A stretch of 32,763 nt of DNA from Limisphaerales bacterium (GTDB lineage Bacteria > Verrucomicrobiota > Verrucomicrobiia > Limisphaerales > SIBE01): contig JBGAIN010000090.1 of the NCBI GenBank assembly GCA_044225505.1, positions 1-32,763 on the forward strand, given 5' to 3'. Positions 17,016 through 26,195 of this stretch are shown here, piece after piece; within the stretch, counting starts at the first letter, position 1; each line of letters begins with the position of its first letter. The position numbers and the translations under genes are program-made. The notes under the pieces are model-generated. The model was not told the DNA's origin. It did not search any database and saw only the letters and a program-made list of their open reading frames with translations.

Positions 17016-18525
17016 ATGCAACTCAAACAACTCCTAACGGAACTGCATCCGGTGAGCGTGGAAGGCTCCGTAGAGCGAGAGATCATGGGAATCGGCTATG
17101 ATTCTCGACGCATCACTCCGGGTATGATCTTCGTAGCCTTGCCTGGGCATCACACCGACGGGCACGAGTACATTCACAGTGCGATTGATCGCGGCGCGAC
17201 AGCCGTGATCTGTGAGCGGAACGGATTTGTCCCGCTGCGTGCGACCAAGATTAAAGTCACGGACGGGCGGGAAGCGTTGGCTCTGGCGTCGGCGGCCTTT
17301 TATGAGCACCCGAGCACAAAACTTAAGCTCATCGGCGTCACGGGCACCAATGGCAAGACAACCGTCGCCTTCATGGTCAAACAGATCCTGGAAGCGTCTG
17401 GCATCAAGACGGGGTTAATCGGGACCGTGCGCTACGAGATTGGTGATCGCATTTTCCCGGCCCATCGGACGACTCCGGAGGCGCTGGAAGTGCAACAGAT
17501 GCTAGCACAGATGTTGCGCGCGGGTTGCCAAGCGTGCGTTATGGAAGTCAGCTCCCATGCGCTCGAACAGAAGCGGGTCCAAGGCGTCGAGTTTGACGTG
17601 GGCATTTTTACCAATCTCACTCGCGACCACCTGGACTACCACGGCACAATGGAGAATTATTTCAGCGCGAAGAAGCTCCTTTTCCAGGCGCTGGAGCAGG
17701 GCACTAAACGAGGCGGAGTGGTCATCAACATTGACGATGCCTTTGGCGAACGCCTCGCGCGTGAGAGCCGGGCAGAAGTACAATTGACCTATGGGATCGC
17801 TGGCACCGCCAAACTCCGCGCGACGGCAATTCAGCTTTCGCCGGCTGGGACGGATATGACGGTGGAAACCCCGGCGGGGCAGTTCGCGTGCCGCTTGCCT
17901 CTCGTAAGCTGGGCACAACGTTTACAATGCCTTGGCGGCCGTCGGAGCTGGTTCTGTCTTGCACATCGATCCGCGAATCATGCAACGCGCTCTCGACTCT
18001 CTCGAGCCAGTCCCCGGACGCTTGGAAAAGATCCCGAACGCCCAGGGGTTTGCCGTCTACGTCGACTATGCGCACACCGACGACGCGTTGCAGAACGTGT
18101 TGCGAACCTTGCGCGAGATCACTCGTGGAAAACTATTGTTAAGCTTTGGTTGTGGCGGAAATCGCGACAAAGGCAAACGGGCGCGCATGGGACGAGTGGC
18201 GGCGGAGATGGCGGATTTCACTCTGATTACGAGTGATAATCCTCGCCGCGAATCTCCTGCCGATATCGCCCAGCAAGTTGCGGCTGGGTACGGCGAGGTC
18301 CGCTCGGATGGACAGCGGGTTGAGTTGGACCGTCGTCGCGCGATTGAGGACATCATTCGGATGGCGCAGCCGGGTGATAGCGTGCTCATCGCTGGCAAAG
18401 GGCATGAGACCTACCAAGAATTTGAGGACACGGTCGTGCCGTTTGACGATCGGATTTATGCGCGAGAAGCGTTAGATCGGCTAAGTGGAAAAATGCCCAC
18501 ACCCGACTGTGCGTCGCGTCATTGA
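17016..18525 (+). CDS. murE: UDP-MurNAc-tripeptide synthetase (meso-DAP type), interrupted by a +1 frameshift near 17904-17913
   Basis: N-part: 'VTGTNGKTT', 'TTPE', 'MEVSSHAL', 'TNLTRDHLDYH'. C-part in the next frame: 'HNVYNALAA', 'VPGRLE', 'VDYAHT', 'FGCGGNRD', 'TSDNPR', 'AGKGHETYQ'. Confidence 0.92.
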
Positions 18526-18681
18526 CATGAATTTCTCCCTATTCAAACAAGAGCAGGGGAATTTGGGGTTCCTGAGACCGGATCGGTTGAGCTCGGAGGC
18601 TGGATGTTCCCTGGTGTGTGCATCGCCATCCCGCATCGGCGGGACAATGGGAAACAGTTTTCAATGCACAGGTCCGTGTTG

Positions 18682-20112
18682 ATGGAACCCCGCACTTTAC
18701 AGTATATGGCAGAAGCGGCCCATGGTGAGTTGATCGGTGCATCAGACGCCGTAGTGCGTCGGGTCTGCACCGACTCGCGGGCCGTCGAGTCGGAAGACTT
18801 ATTCGTGGCATTGCCCGGGGACCGCTTTGATGGGCATGCCTTCCTGGCTGACGCAGTCCGCGCCGGGATCGTCGGTGCCGTGGTCGATCGAGCCCACGTT
18901 CCAAAAGAGAAGCTATCCTGCGCATGCATCGCGGTTGACAATACCCGTTCGGCCTTGGGACGGATGGCCGCGCGGTATCGGCGAGACTTCGATTTGCCTT
19001 TGGTCGCCGTGGCCGGTTCAAACGGGAAGACGACCACTAAGGAGTTGATCGCTTCAGTCTTGCGGCAACGGTTTCGAACGCTCTCAAGCCGAGCGAGTTT
19101 CAACAATGATATTGGGGTTCCCACCACTTTGCTGGAATTGAATCAGGATCACGAAGCCGCTGTGCTGGAATTTGGAACCAATCACCCCGGAGAGCTTGCG
19201 CCGTTACTGGCTCTTGCCCAACCGGGTTTTGGCGTGCTGACGAGCATTGGTCGGGAGCACCTTGAGTTTTTTAATGATGAGCAGGGCGTTCTGCAAGAAG
19301 AAGGGTACCTGGCCGAATTAGTCCCCGCCACTGGCAAGCTGTTTGTCAATGGCGACATGGCCGTCTTGGAATCAATCGAGCGCCGTGCGGCAGCCCCAGT
19401 GGTTCGGGTCGGCTTCGGTGCCCAGAACGCATGGCGCGCCTCGAATTTTAGGATGGACGAGACCGGGTCCAGCTTCTGCGTGCTCGGTGGGGTGCCAGGC
19501 TATGATCACGAATATCGACTGCGTTTATTGGGACGGCATCAGGTGATCAACGCGCTTTTTGCCATCGCTGTTGGGGCCGAACTGGGCGTGAGTCCCGAGA
19601 AGGTGCAAGCGGGTCTTTTGAACTGTCCTGCGCCTAAGATGCGCCTCGAGTTCAGCGTGATGCAGGGCGTCGGGTTGCTCGATGATAGCTACAACGCCAA
19701 CGCCGATTCCATGCGAGCGGCGCTGGAAACATTGCGCGCTTTGCCCTGTCGGGGCCGCCGCGCGGCTGTCCTGGGAGATATGGCGGAGCTTGGAAATCAA
19801 GCGGCTGCGGCCCATGCCGAGACTGGGCGCAGCGCGGCCGAGTTGGGGATCGACTATTTACTGAGTGTCGGTGAGATGGCGGGCGTTACGGTCGAAGCGG
19901 CGCATGCCGCTGGCCTGACTCGCGCCCGGAAAGTGCAGACCGCGGAAGCAGTCGTGGATCTGTTGGGGACCTGGCTGCGGCCCGGAGACATACTGCTGAT
20001 CAAGGCGTCGCGTGCTGCTAGGCTGGAGCGTGTTGCGGAGTGTCTGCGCCAGCGCTGGGCTCGATCGGACGCTGACCCGAGTCAAGGGAGAAAAGCCTTG
20101 GATCAGGGATAA
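18682..20112 (+). CDS. murF: UDP-MurNAc-tripeptide D-Ala-D-Ala ligase
   Basis: 'TDSR', 'GDRFDGH', 'AGSNGKTTTKE', 'FNNDIGVP', 'DDSYNAN', 'LGDMAELG', 'LIKASR'. Start set at ATG 18682. Confidence 0.95.
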   Translation: MEPRTLQYMAEAAHGELIGASDAVVRRVCTDSRAVESEDLFVALPGDRFDGHAFLADAVRAGIVGAVVDRAHVPKEKLSCACIAVDNTRSALGRMAARYRRDFDLPLVAVAGSNGKTTTKELIASVLRQRFRTLSSRASFNNDIGVPTTLLELNQDHEAAVLEFGTNHPGELAPLLALAQPGFGVLTSIGREHLEFFNDEQGVLQEEGYLAELVPATGKLFVNGDMAVLESIERRAAAPVVRVGFGAQNAWRASNFRMDETGSSFCVLGGVPGYDHEYRLRLLGRHQVINALFAIAVGAELGVSPEKVQAGLLNCPAPKMRLEFSVMQGVGLLDDSYNANADSMRAALETLRALPCRGRRAAVLGDMAELGNQAAAAHAETGRSAAELGIDYLLSVGEMAGVTVEAAHAAGLTRARKVQTAEAVVDLLGTWLRPGDILLIKASRAARLERVAECLRQRWARSDADPSQGRKALDQG

Positions 20113-20129
20113 TCTGGTTCTGCACTGGA

Positions 20130-21278
20130 ATGCTTTTTTACTTGAGCCAATACCTGCAAGAACGTGCGGCTGGGACCGAATGGTCGGAGTCCCTTTCGTC
20201 ACTGCGCGTGTTCCGCTACATCACCGTGCGGAGCGCAGGGGCCGCTGTGACGGCGTTACTCATCAGTTGGTGGTTTGGGCCAAAAGTCATCCACTGGCTA
20301 AAGGCCCTGAAATTCGGTCAAAACTACACGGATAAGGCCGAAGAAGCCGGTGATATGAAGGCCCGGTTGCTCAGTAAGCGCGGAACACCCACGATGGGCG
20401 GTGTCTTGATTGTCCTGGCCATGGATCTCTCCGCCTTGTTCTGGGCGCAGCTCAACGAATTGGTAGTGCTGACATTGCTTTCATTGGTTGTTCTGGCAGG
20501 GCTCGGGTTTTACGACGATTACGCAAAGATCACCCAGCAGAGCAACCGCGGAGCAAAGTCGAATGTCAAACTGTGGGTTCAGACTGCGCTAGGGATCTTC
20601 ATTGCCGTTTACCTGTGGCGCTTACCGTCCACCCGGCCCCTGATCACGGATATCATGGTCCCGTTTCTTAAGCATCCCGTGCTCACCGGAGCAGCCGGCG
20701 TGGGTCTCTTGTTAACGGTGATTACCATTGTGGGCAGCTCCAATGCCGTCAATTTGACCGATGGCTTGGATGGGCTAGCGATCGGGTGCACTTTGATCGT
20801 CACCACGGTGTTCTTGGTCATGACCTACATTGCCGGACATCATCGCTTCGCAACTTATCTGCAGGTCCCGTACGTGGCTGGAGCCGGTGAACTAACGGTC
20901 TTTTGTGCAGCCATGTTTGGAGCCGGGCTTGGATTTCTTTGGTATAATTGTCATCCCGCTCAGGTTTTCATGGGAGACACCGGATCTCTTGCTCTGGGCG
21001 GGGCGCTGGGAATCATGGCAGTGCTCATACACCAACCGCTGGTCCTGGTCATCGCGGGCGGAGTCTTCGTGGCCGAGGCGGTCTCGGTGATTTGCCAGAC
21101 AGCATGGTTTAAATATACGCGGCTGCGCTACGGAACAGGCCGCCGCATCTTTCTAATGGCGCCACTGCATCATCATTTTGAGAAGAAAGGCTGGTATGAG
21201 TCGCAAGTAGTGACGCGATTTTACATTTTGGGAGTGCTTTGCGCTGTGGTGGCCCTAAGCACACTAAAGCTGCGGTAG
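20130..21278 (+). CDS. mraY: phospho-N-acetylmuramoyl-pentapeptide transferase
   Basis: 'KRGTPTMGG', 'GFYDDY', 'SNAVNLTDGLDGLA', 'FMGDTGSL', 'MAPLHHHFE'. Multi-TM. Confidence 0.97.
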   Translation: MLFYLSQYLQERAAGTEWSESLSSLRVFRYITVRSAGAAVTALLISWWFGPKVIHWLKALKFGQNYTDKAEEAGDMKARLLSKRGTPTMGGVLIVLAMDLSALFWAQLNELVVLTLLSLVVLAGLGFYDDYAKITQQSNRGAKSNVKLWVQTALGIFIAVYLWRLPSTRPLITDIMVPFLKHPVLTGAAGVGLLLTVITIVGSSNAVNLTDGLDGLAIGCTLIVTTVFLVMTYIAGHHRFATYLQVPYVAGAGELTVFCAAMFGAGLGFLWYNCHPAQVFMGDTGSLALGGALGIMAVLIHQPLVLVIAGGVFVAEAVSVICQTAWFKYTRLRYGTGRRIFLMAPLHHHFEKKGWYESQVVTRFYILGVLCAVVALSTLKLR

Positions 21279-21293
21279 AAGAAGGAATCAACT

Positions 21294-22757
21294 GTGAAGG
21301 TGTTCGACTATCAACGGGCTCTGATCATTGGCTTGGGCGCTAGCGGAATGGCAGCCGCGCGCTTGCTTCGTCAGCGCGGAGTCAATGCCGTTGCAGTCGA
21401 CCAGGCAGACACTGCGTCGCTTCAGGCGCAAGTTTCTGAATTGCGGCTTTTGGGCGTGCACGTTGTGTTAGGAGCAACATCCCTTCCCGCGGGGAGCTTT
21501 GATTTGGCTGTGCTGAGCCCAGGAATTGCCAAAACGTCCCCGCTCGTGCGAGCCTGTTTGGCTTCAGGAATCCCGGTCATTGGGGAACTTGAGTTGGGGT
21601 TTCAACACTCGCTCTGTCTCAATGTGGCCATCTCCGGCACAAACGGAAAGACGACTACGACTGAGTTGGTTGAAGCGATGTTGAAACATTGTGGTCGCCG
21701 AACGGTTGCGGCAGGCAACATCGGATTGCCGATCTGCTCGGTCGCTGAGCAAACCAAAGACTTGGATTTTCTCACCCTTGAGGTTAGTTCGTTTCAACTG
21801 GAATCAATTCAGTACTTCCGCCCGGCGGTGGCCGTCCTCATGAACATCACGCCGGATCACCTTGACCGCTACGATAGCATGGGGGATTACGTCCGTGCCA
21901 AGGCGCGACTTTTTCTCAATCAGCAAGCGTTCGATTGGGCCATCGTTCAAAGCGAGGCTTTGGCTCAGATTCGGTCTTTGGGATTACCCGTTCCTTCTAA
22001 AGTCATCACTTTTAGTGCCAATAACCGGAGGGCGGATCTCTGCCTGGATCGGGGTTTGTTGATTAGTCGGCTACCGGACTGGACCGGATTGCTTCTCGAC
22101 ATGGACGAATGTCAGTTGCGGGGACCTCACAATGCAGAAAACCTGATGGCGGCACTCGCGGTTGGGCGTGTTCTCCGGTTGTCATTGGACGAAACGGTGG
22201 CCGCGCTCAAGGCGTATCGACCGGCAGCTCATCGCTGCGAGCGCGTCGGGGAAATTGGTGGTGTGCAATTCTTCAATGATTCCAAAGCGACCAATGTTGA
22301 CGCCGTCGCCAAAGCGTTGCAGACCGTTCCCGGTGCGAACAGCAACGAGCCGAACGTCTATTTAATCGCGGGAGGAAAAGACAAAGGCTTCGACTATCAC
22401 GACATTGGTCCGCTCTTGGCGCGGCGCGTCAAACACGCCTTCCTAATTGGCGAAACGCGCGAGAAGATTCGTGCGGCTTGGGGGTTGTTTGCTCCTTGCT
22501 CATTGGCTGACTCACTGCCCGAAGCCGTCGCACGCGCATCCGAGGCCGCGGTGTCCGGGGACGTCGTTTTGCTTTCTCCGGCCTGTTCGAGTTTTGACAT
22601 GTTCCGAAACTACCAACATCGTGGCGAAGTGTTCCGCCAGGCCGTTTCGGATTTGGCCCGCGTTTCTCGATCTGACCCATCGCCAGACAGCGTGAAAGGA
22701 AGTGCCGGAGGTTCTGCGGCCCCGCTATTGGCGAGTTTGCACGCATCTCTAAGCTGA
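21294..22757 (+). CDS. murD: UDP-MurNAc-L-Ala:D-Glu ligase
   Basis: 'GLGASG', 'SGTNGKTTTT', 'GNIG', 'LEVSSFQLE', 'PDHLDRY', 'NDSKATN', 'LLSPACSSFDMF..Y.HRG'. Confidence 0.96.
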   Translation: MKVFDYQRALIIGLGASGMAAARLLRQRGVNAVAVDQADTASLQAQVSELRLLGVHVVLGATSLPAGSFDLAVLSPGIAKTSPLVRACLASGIPVIGELELGFQHSLCLNVAISGTNGKTTTTELVEAMLKHCGRRTVAAGNIGLPICSVAEQTKDLDFLTLEVSSFQLESIQYFRPAVAVLMNITPDHLDRYDSMGDYVRAKARLFLNQQAFDWAIVQSEALAQIRSLGLPVPSKVITFSANNRRADLCLDRGLLISRLPDWTGLLLDMDECQLRGPHNAENLMAALAVGRVLRLSLDETVAALKAYRPAAHRCERVGEIGGVQFFNDSKATNVDAVAKALQTVPGANSNEPNVYLIAGGKDKGFDYHDIGPLLARRVKHAFLIGETREKIRAAWGLFAPCSLADSLPEAVARASEAAVSGDVVLLSPACSSFDMFRNYQHRGEVFRQAVSDLARVSRSDPSPDSVKGSAGGSAAPLLASLHASLS

Positions 22758-22836
22758 ATTTGCCGCCGGACGAGGAGACCTCCTTGCCCGAGGCTTACGA
22801 AAGTTAACTGCACAACACATAACGGTCCGCCAAATC

Positions 22837-23664
22837 ATGAATACTCCAAGTCCGCTCATACCTCAAGGGGCGCTCGAACGCCAATCGAAAGGCAAATCCA
22901 CAGTTCGCATCGCCATTTTTACTATCATCTCAATCCATGCCGTATTCTTCACCGGGTTGCTGATGCAAGGCTGCCGGCGGGACGATAGCAAAGCCCCGTC
23001 GCACTCAGAGAACGCCACAACAAACCAAAACAGTTTGGCGGCACTGGACAATGGGTACTATGCGGCCACTCAAGAGATAGCCCAAGCGACGGCGCCGACG
23101 ATTCCAGCAACGACGATTGCTCCCCAAACTGTGGCAGACAGCCCGCCCCCGTTGCCTGCGGCCACAGCTCCTGAGTTTTCTGCCGACGGTAAGGCTTATA
23201 CAGTCTCCAAGGGAGATACTCTTGCCAAGATTGCCAAGGCAAACGGCGTGACTGTGACAGCCATCGCTAAGATGAATCCCGCGATGGATGCCGGGAAGCT
23301 CAAGCCAGGCCAAAAGATTCAGATCCCAGCCAGCGCGGTAGCGTCGACCTCAACACCGGCCGCGCCGAGTCTTGGCTACGTCGAGCCCACGAAATCCGAG
23401 ACGACCACGACGAGCGGTACTGCTTATGTCGTCAAAGCGGGTGAAACGTTGACACGCATTGCCAAGCGCAACAGCACAACCGTAAAAGCCATCCGCGCAG
23501 CTAACAACTTGAAGACCGACCGCGTGTTTGTTGGCCAGAAATTGAAACTGCCTCACGGTTCCGGGGCGTCCACAGTGTCTTCTGGCAAAACGACAGCACC
23601 TACCAAAATTTCCGCGGTGAATCCGGCTCGTGTGACTCCTGTGGCATCGGCGAACTTGCACTGA
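22837..23664 (+). CDS. membrane-anchored protein with two LysM peptidoglycan-binding domains
   Basis: TM 'IAIFTIISIHAVFFTGLLMQGC', P/A/T-rich linkers, LysM1 'YTVSKGDTLAKIAK...LKPGQKIQIP', LysM2 'YVVKAGETLTRIAK...IRAANNL...VGQKLKLP'. Confidence 0.9.
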   Translation: MNTPSPLIPQGALERQSKGKSTVRIAIFTIISIHAVFFTGLLMQGCRRDDSKAPSHSENATTNQNSLAALDNGYYAATQEIAQATAPTIPATTIAPQTVADSPPPLPAATAPEFSADGKAYTVSKGDTLAKIAKANGVTVTAIAKMNPAMDAGKLKPGQKIQIPASAVASTSTPAAPSLGYVEPTKSETTTTSGTAYVVKAGETLTRIAKRNSTTVKAIRAANNLKTDRVFVGQKLKLPHGSGASTVSSGKTTAPTKISAVNPARVTPVASANLH

Positions 23665-23758
23665 CGGGTTCGTAGTTCGACAAAGCCAATCCTGAGCACA
23701 AGCCGAGGCGCCCGTGAATTTGCCACGCAGAGGGAGAGAGGAACCGAACACAATGCGC

Positions 23759-23795
23759 CCGGTGGAGTGGTTCAACCACTCCACCGGCCTTTGTG
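23759..23795 (+). terminator. strong GC-rich hairpin between lysM and ftsW (possible leaky terminator or RNA-stability element)
   Basis: Perfect inverted repeat ccggtggagtggt-tca-accactccaccgg (23759-23787), followed only by a short 'cctttgt' tract. Confidence 0.5.
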
Positions 23796-23862
23796 GCTCT
23801 CGCTTCCGGGGCTGGCTGGACCGGGTCCCTGGGGCACTGTTCTCATCGTCTAAAGGAGGCGC

Positions 23863-24981
23863 ATGAAAGTAGCCACTAGCTTGCTCATCTTTTGCGTCGG
23901 CGCGCTCTTGTGTCTGGGATTTGTCATGCTCTACAGCGCAGGGCTGATGAAGGGAGGAGCACACTATCTGCTCATGCAGTTGGTCTGGGCTGGCGCTGGC
24001 TTAATTTTTGGCTCAACTGCAGCGACACTCGATTATAGGTGGCTCAAGAAAGTCTCTTGGCCCTTGCTGGGGATGGCTTTGGTTCTCTTGATCCTGGTTC
24101 TGTTCACTGCCAAGACGAACGGCGCTCGTCGCTGGTTTCGCTTGGGGCCAATTAACTTCCAACCATCGGAGCTCGGTAAGCTCGCGTTAATTATCGCCTT
24201 GGCGCACTACGGAGAGCGCTACCAGCGCTTCATGCCAACGTTCTGGCGCGGGTTGGTGCTTCCAGGCTGCATGATGGCCGGAGTGATCGGTCTGATCTTC
24301 GTTGAACCAGACCGAGGAGCCACAATTCTGCTTACCACAGTTGGCGGGATCTTGATGATCCTTGCGGGGACTCGGTTGTGGTTTATCATCCCCCCGATTC
24401 TTACCGGAGCCTGTGCGCTTGGTTATTGTATGTTGCACGATCCGGTGCGACGGCGAAGAATCATGAGTTGGCTCGATTTAGAAAATCACAAACAAGATGC
24501 AGGCTATCAAGTGTGGCAATCGATCGTTGGAATTGGGAGTGGCGGTGTCGAAGGTGTCGGCTTAGGCAATGGTCGACAGAAGGCATTTGTGCCGGAACAT
24601 CATACGGACTTCATTTTTTCGGTCGTCGGAGAAGAATTGGGCTTGATCGCCACTTTGGCGACAATCGTTGCATTTCTCGTCGTGGTTCTGTGTGGCATAT
24701 ACATCGCCCGTCGTGCTCACGATACGTTTGGTTTTTTGCTCGCCAGTGGGATCACCTTCCTCATCGGGCTGCAGGCTGCCATTAACGTTGGTGTGGTTAC
24801 TGGCGCCTTGCCAAACAAGGGATTACCCCTTCCGTTCATCAGCTATGGAGGCTCTAACCTCTTGCTGATGCTCACCTGTGTTGGACTTCTTTTGAGCATT
24901 GCTCGCCAAGCGCGCGAAGTCCCAGATTCACTGGCTGAAATGGACCGAGTTCCCGAATGGAGCGCTCAACCCAGCTCGTGA
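23863..24981 (+). CDS. ftsW: SEDS peptidoglycan polymerase FtsW
   Basis: 'NGARRW', 'FQPSELGK', 'EPDRG', 'YQVWQS', 'PEHHTDFIFSVVGEELG', 'KGLPLPFISYGGS'. AAGGAGG RBS. Confidence 0.95.
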   Translation: MKVATSLLIFCVGALLCLGFVMLYSAGLMKGGAHYLLMQLVWAGAGLIFGSTAATLDYRWLKKVSWPLLGMALVLLILVLFTAKTNGARRWFRLGPINFQPSELGKLALIIALAHYGERYQRFMPTFWRGLVLPGCMMAGVIGLIFVEPDRGATILLTTVGGILMILAGTRLWFIIPPILTGACALGYCMLHDPVRRRRIMSWLDLENHKQDAGYQVWQSIVGIGSGGVEGVGLGNGRQKAFVPEHHTDFIFSVVGEELGLIATLATIVAFLVVVLCGIYIARRAHDTFGFLLASGITFLIGLQAAINVGVVTGALPNKGLPLPFISYGGSNLLLMLTCVGLLLSIARQAREVPDSLAEMDRVPEWSAQPSS

Positions 24982-26195
24982 AGCCGTCGGTCAAACCTCC
25001 TTTCATTGGCATCGCGTGCGGCGGCACGGGCGGGCATCTTTTCCCTGGACTGGCGGTTGCCCAGGTGCTTGAGCAATGGGGCTGCGAAATTGCCCTCTTG
25101 ATTTCCAAGAAGGAAGTCGATCAAGACGCTGTAAAGGCAACCGGGATGCAGGTCGTGACCCTACCTGCAGTGGCATTGCAGAACTGGCAATGGCCAGCCT
25201 TTCTGCGAGGATGTTGGCGTTCTTACCGTATTTGTCTCGACGCCTTTGGCCGGCTGCAACCGCGTGCAGTTTTAGCCATGGGTGGCTTTACCAGCGCGCC
25301 GCCCGTGCTGGCCGGAAAGCGAACCGGTGCAGCAACCTTCTTGCATGAGTCGAATTCGGTTCCAGGTCGCGCCAATCGCTGGCTTTCACCTTGGGTGGAT
25401 GAGGTGTTTATTGGGTTCCCAAGCGCTCGCCAACGCCTCTATAGCCAATGCATTCGGACTGTCGGAACCCCAGTTCGTTCGGCCTTTAAGCCTGGCGACC
25501 CGACCGCATGTCGGATGGCTCTAGGTCTGTCGCCTGATCGTCCGGTTCTGCTGATTATGGGCGGAAGTCAGGGAGCGAGTGGGATCAATCGGCTTGTGCT
25601 GGGAGCTTTGCCTATCCTGGCGAGGCAGGCACCCTCATTACAGTACTTACATCTGACAGGAGCCGACGAGTGTCAAAAAGTCCGGTCTGCCTACGACGAG
25701 CTGCAACTGCGCGCCGTCATCCGGCCCTTCCTCACAGAAATGGATCTTGGATTAGGGGCGTCCACGTTGTTGGTAAACCGTGCGGGCGCTTCTTCGCTCG
25801 CGGAAATCGCAGCGGTCGGCGTTCCAGCGGTCCTGATCCCGTACCCGCACGCGACCGACGATCATCAGCTCTGCAACGCGCGTGCTGTCGCGCAAAGTGG
25901 AGCGGCTCTTTTGCTGGAGCAAGCGTTGACGACCTCTGAAAAACTGGCGGAAACCATTCTCAAGCTCTTGAATGACGCGGCCGCTCGCGGCGCCCTGATC
26001 ACTGCTTTACGCCAGTGGCATACGCCAGACGCTGCAGAAGCCATTGCCAGGTACATGTTTCATCGGCTTGGACTGGTTATACCGGAGCTTATGGCAACAG
26101 ACGAGGCAGTGTCCGTTCCTGCGTCGTCGGGGCGTCTGGCCAAGGGACTCAAAGGGGCCACTTTCAAACTTTCTTCCGTTCCGCCCTCGCTATGA
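24978..26195 (+). CDS. murG: undecaprenyl-PP-MurNAc-pentapeptide GlcNAc transferase
   Basis: 'GGTGGHLFPG', 'HESN', 'GTPVR', 'GGSQGA', 'RAGASSLAE', 'PYP...DHQ..NA'. GTG start overlaps the ftsW stop (alternative ATG 24957). Confidence 0.95.
   Translation: MKPSVKPPFIGIACGGTGGHLFPGLAVAQVLEQWGCEIALLISKKEVDQDAVKATGMQVVTLPAVALQNWQWPAFLRGCWRSYRICLDAFGRLQPRAVLAMGGFTSAPPVLAGKRTGAATFLHESNSVPGRANRWLSPWVDEVFIGFPSARQRLYSQCIRTVGTPVRSAFKPGDPTACRMALGLSPDRPVLLIMGGSQGASGINRLVLGALPILARQAPSLQYLHLTGADECQKVRSAYDELQLRAVIRPFLTEMDLGLGASTLLVNRAGASSLAEIAAVGVPAVLIPYPHATDDHQLCNARAVAQSGAALLLEQALTTSEKLAETILKLLNDAAARGALITALRQWHTPDAAEAIARYMFHRLGLVIPELMATDEAVSVPASSGRLAKGLKGATFKLSSVPPSL

Noticed and set aside
17907..18236. Novel C-terminal domain on the 406-aa MurE ORF
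   Set aside because: It is out-of-frame read-through after the indel; the true MurE C-terminus is in the overlapping frame.
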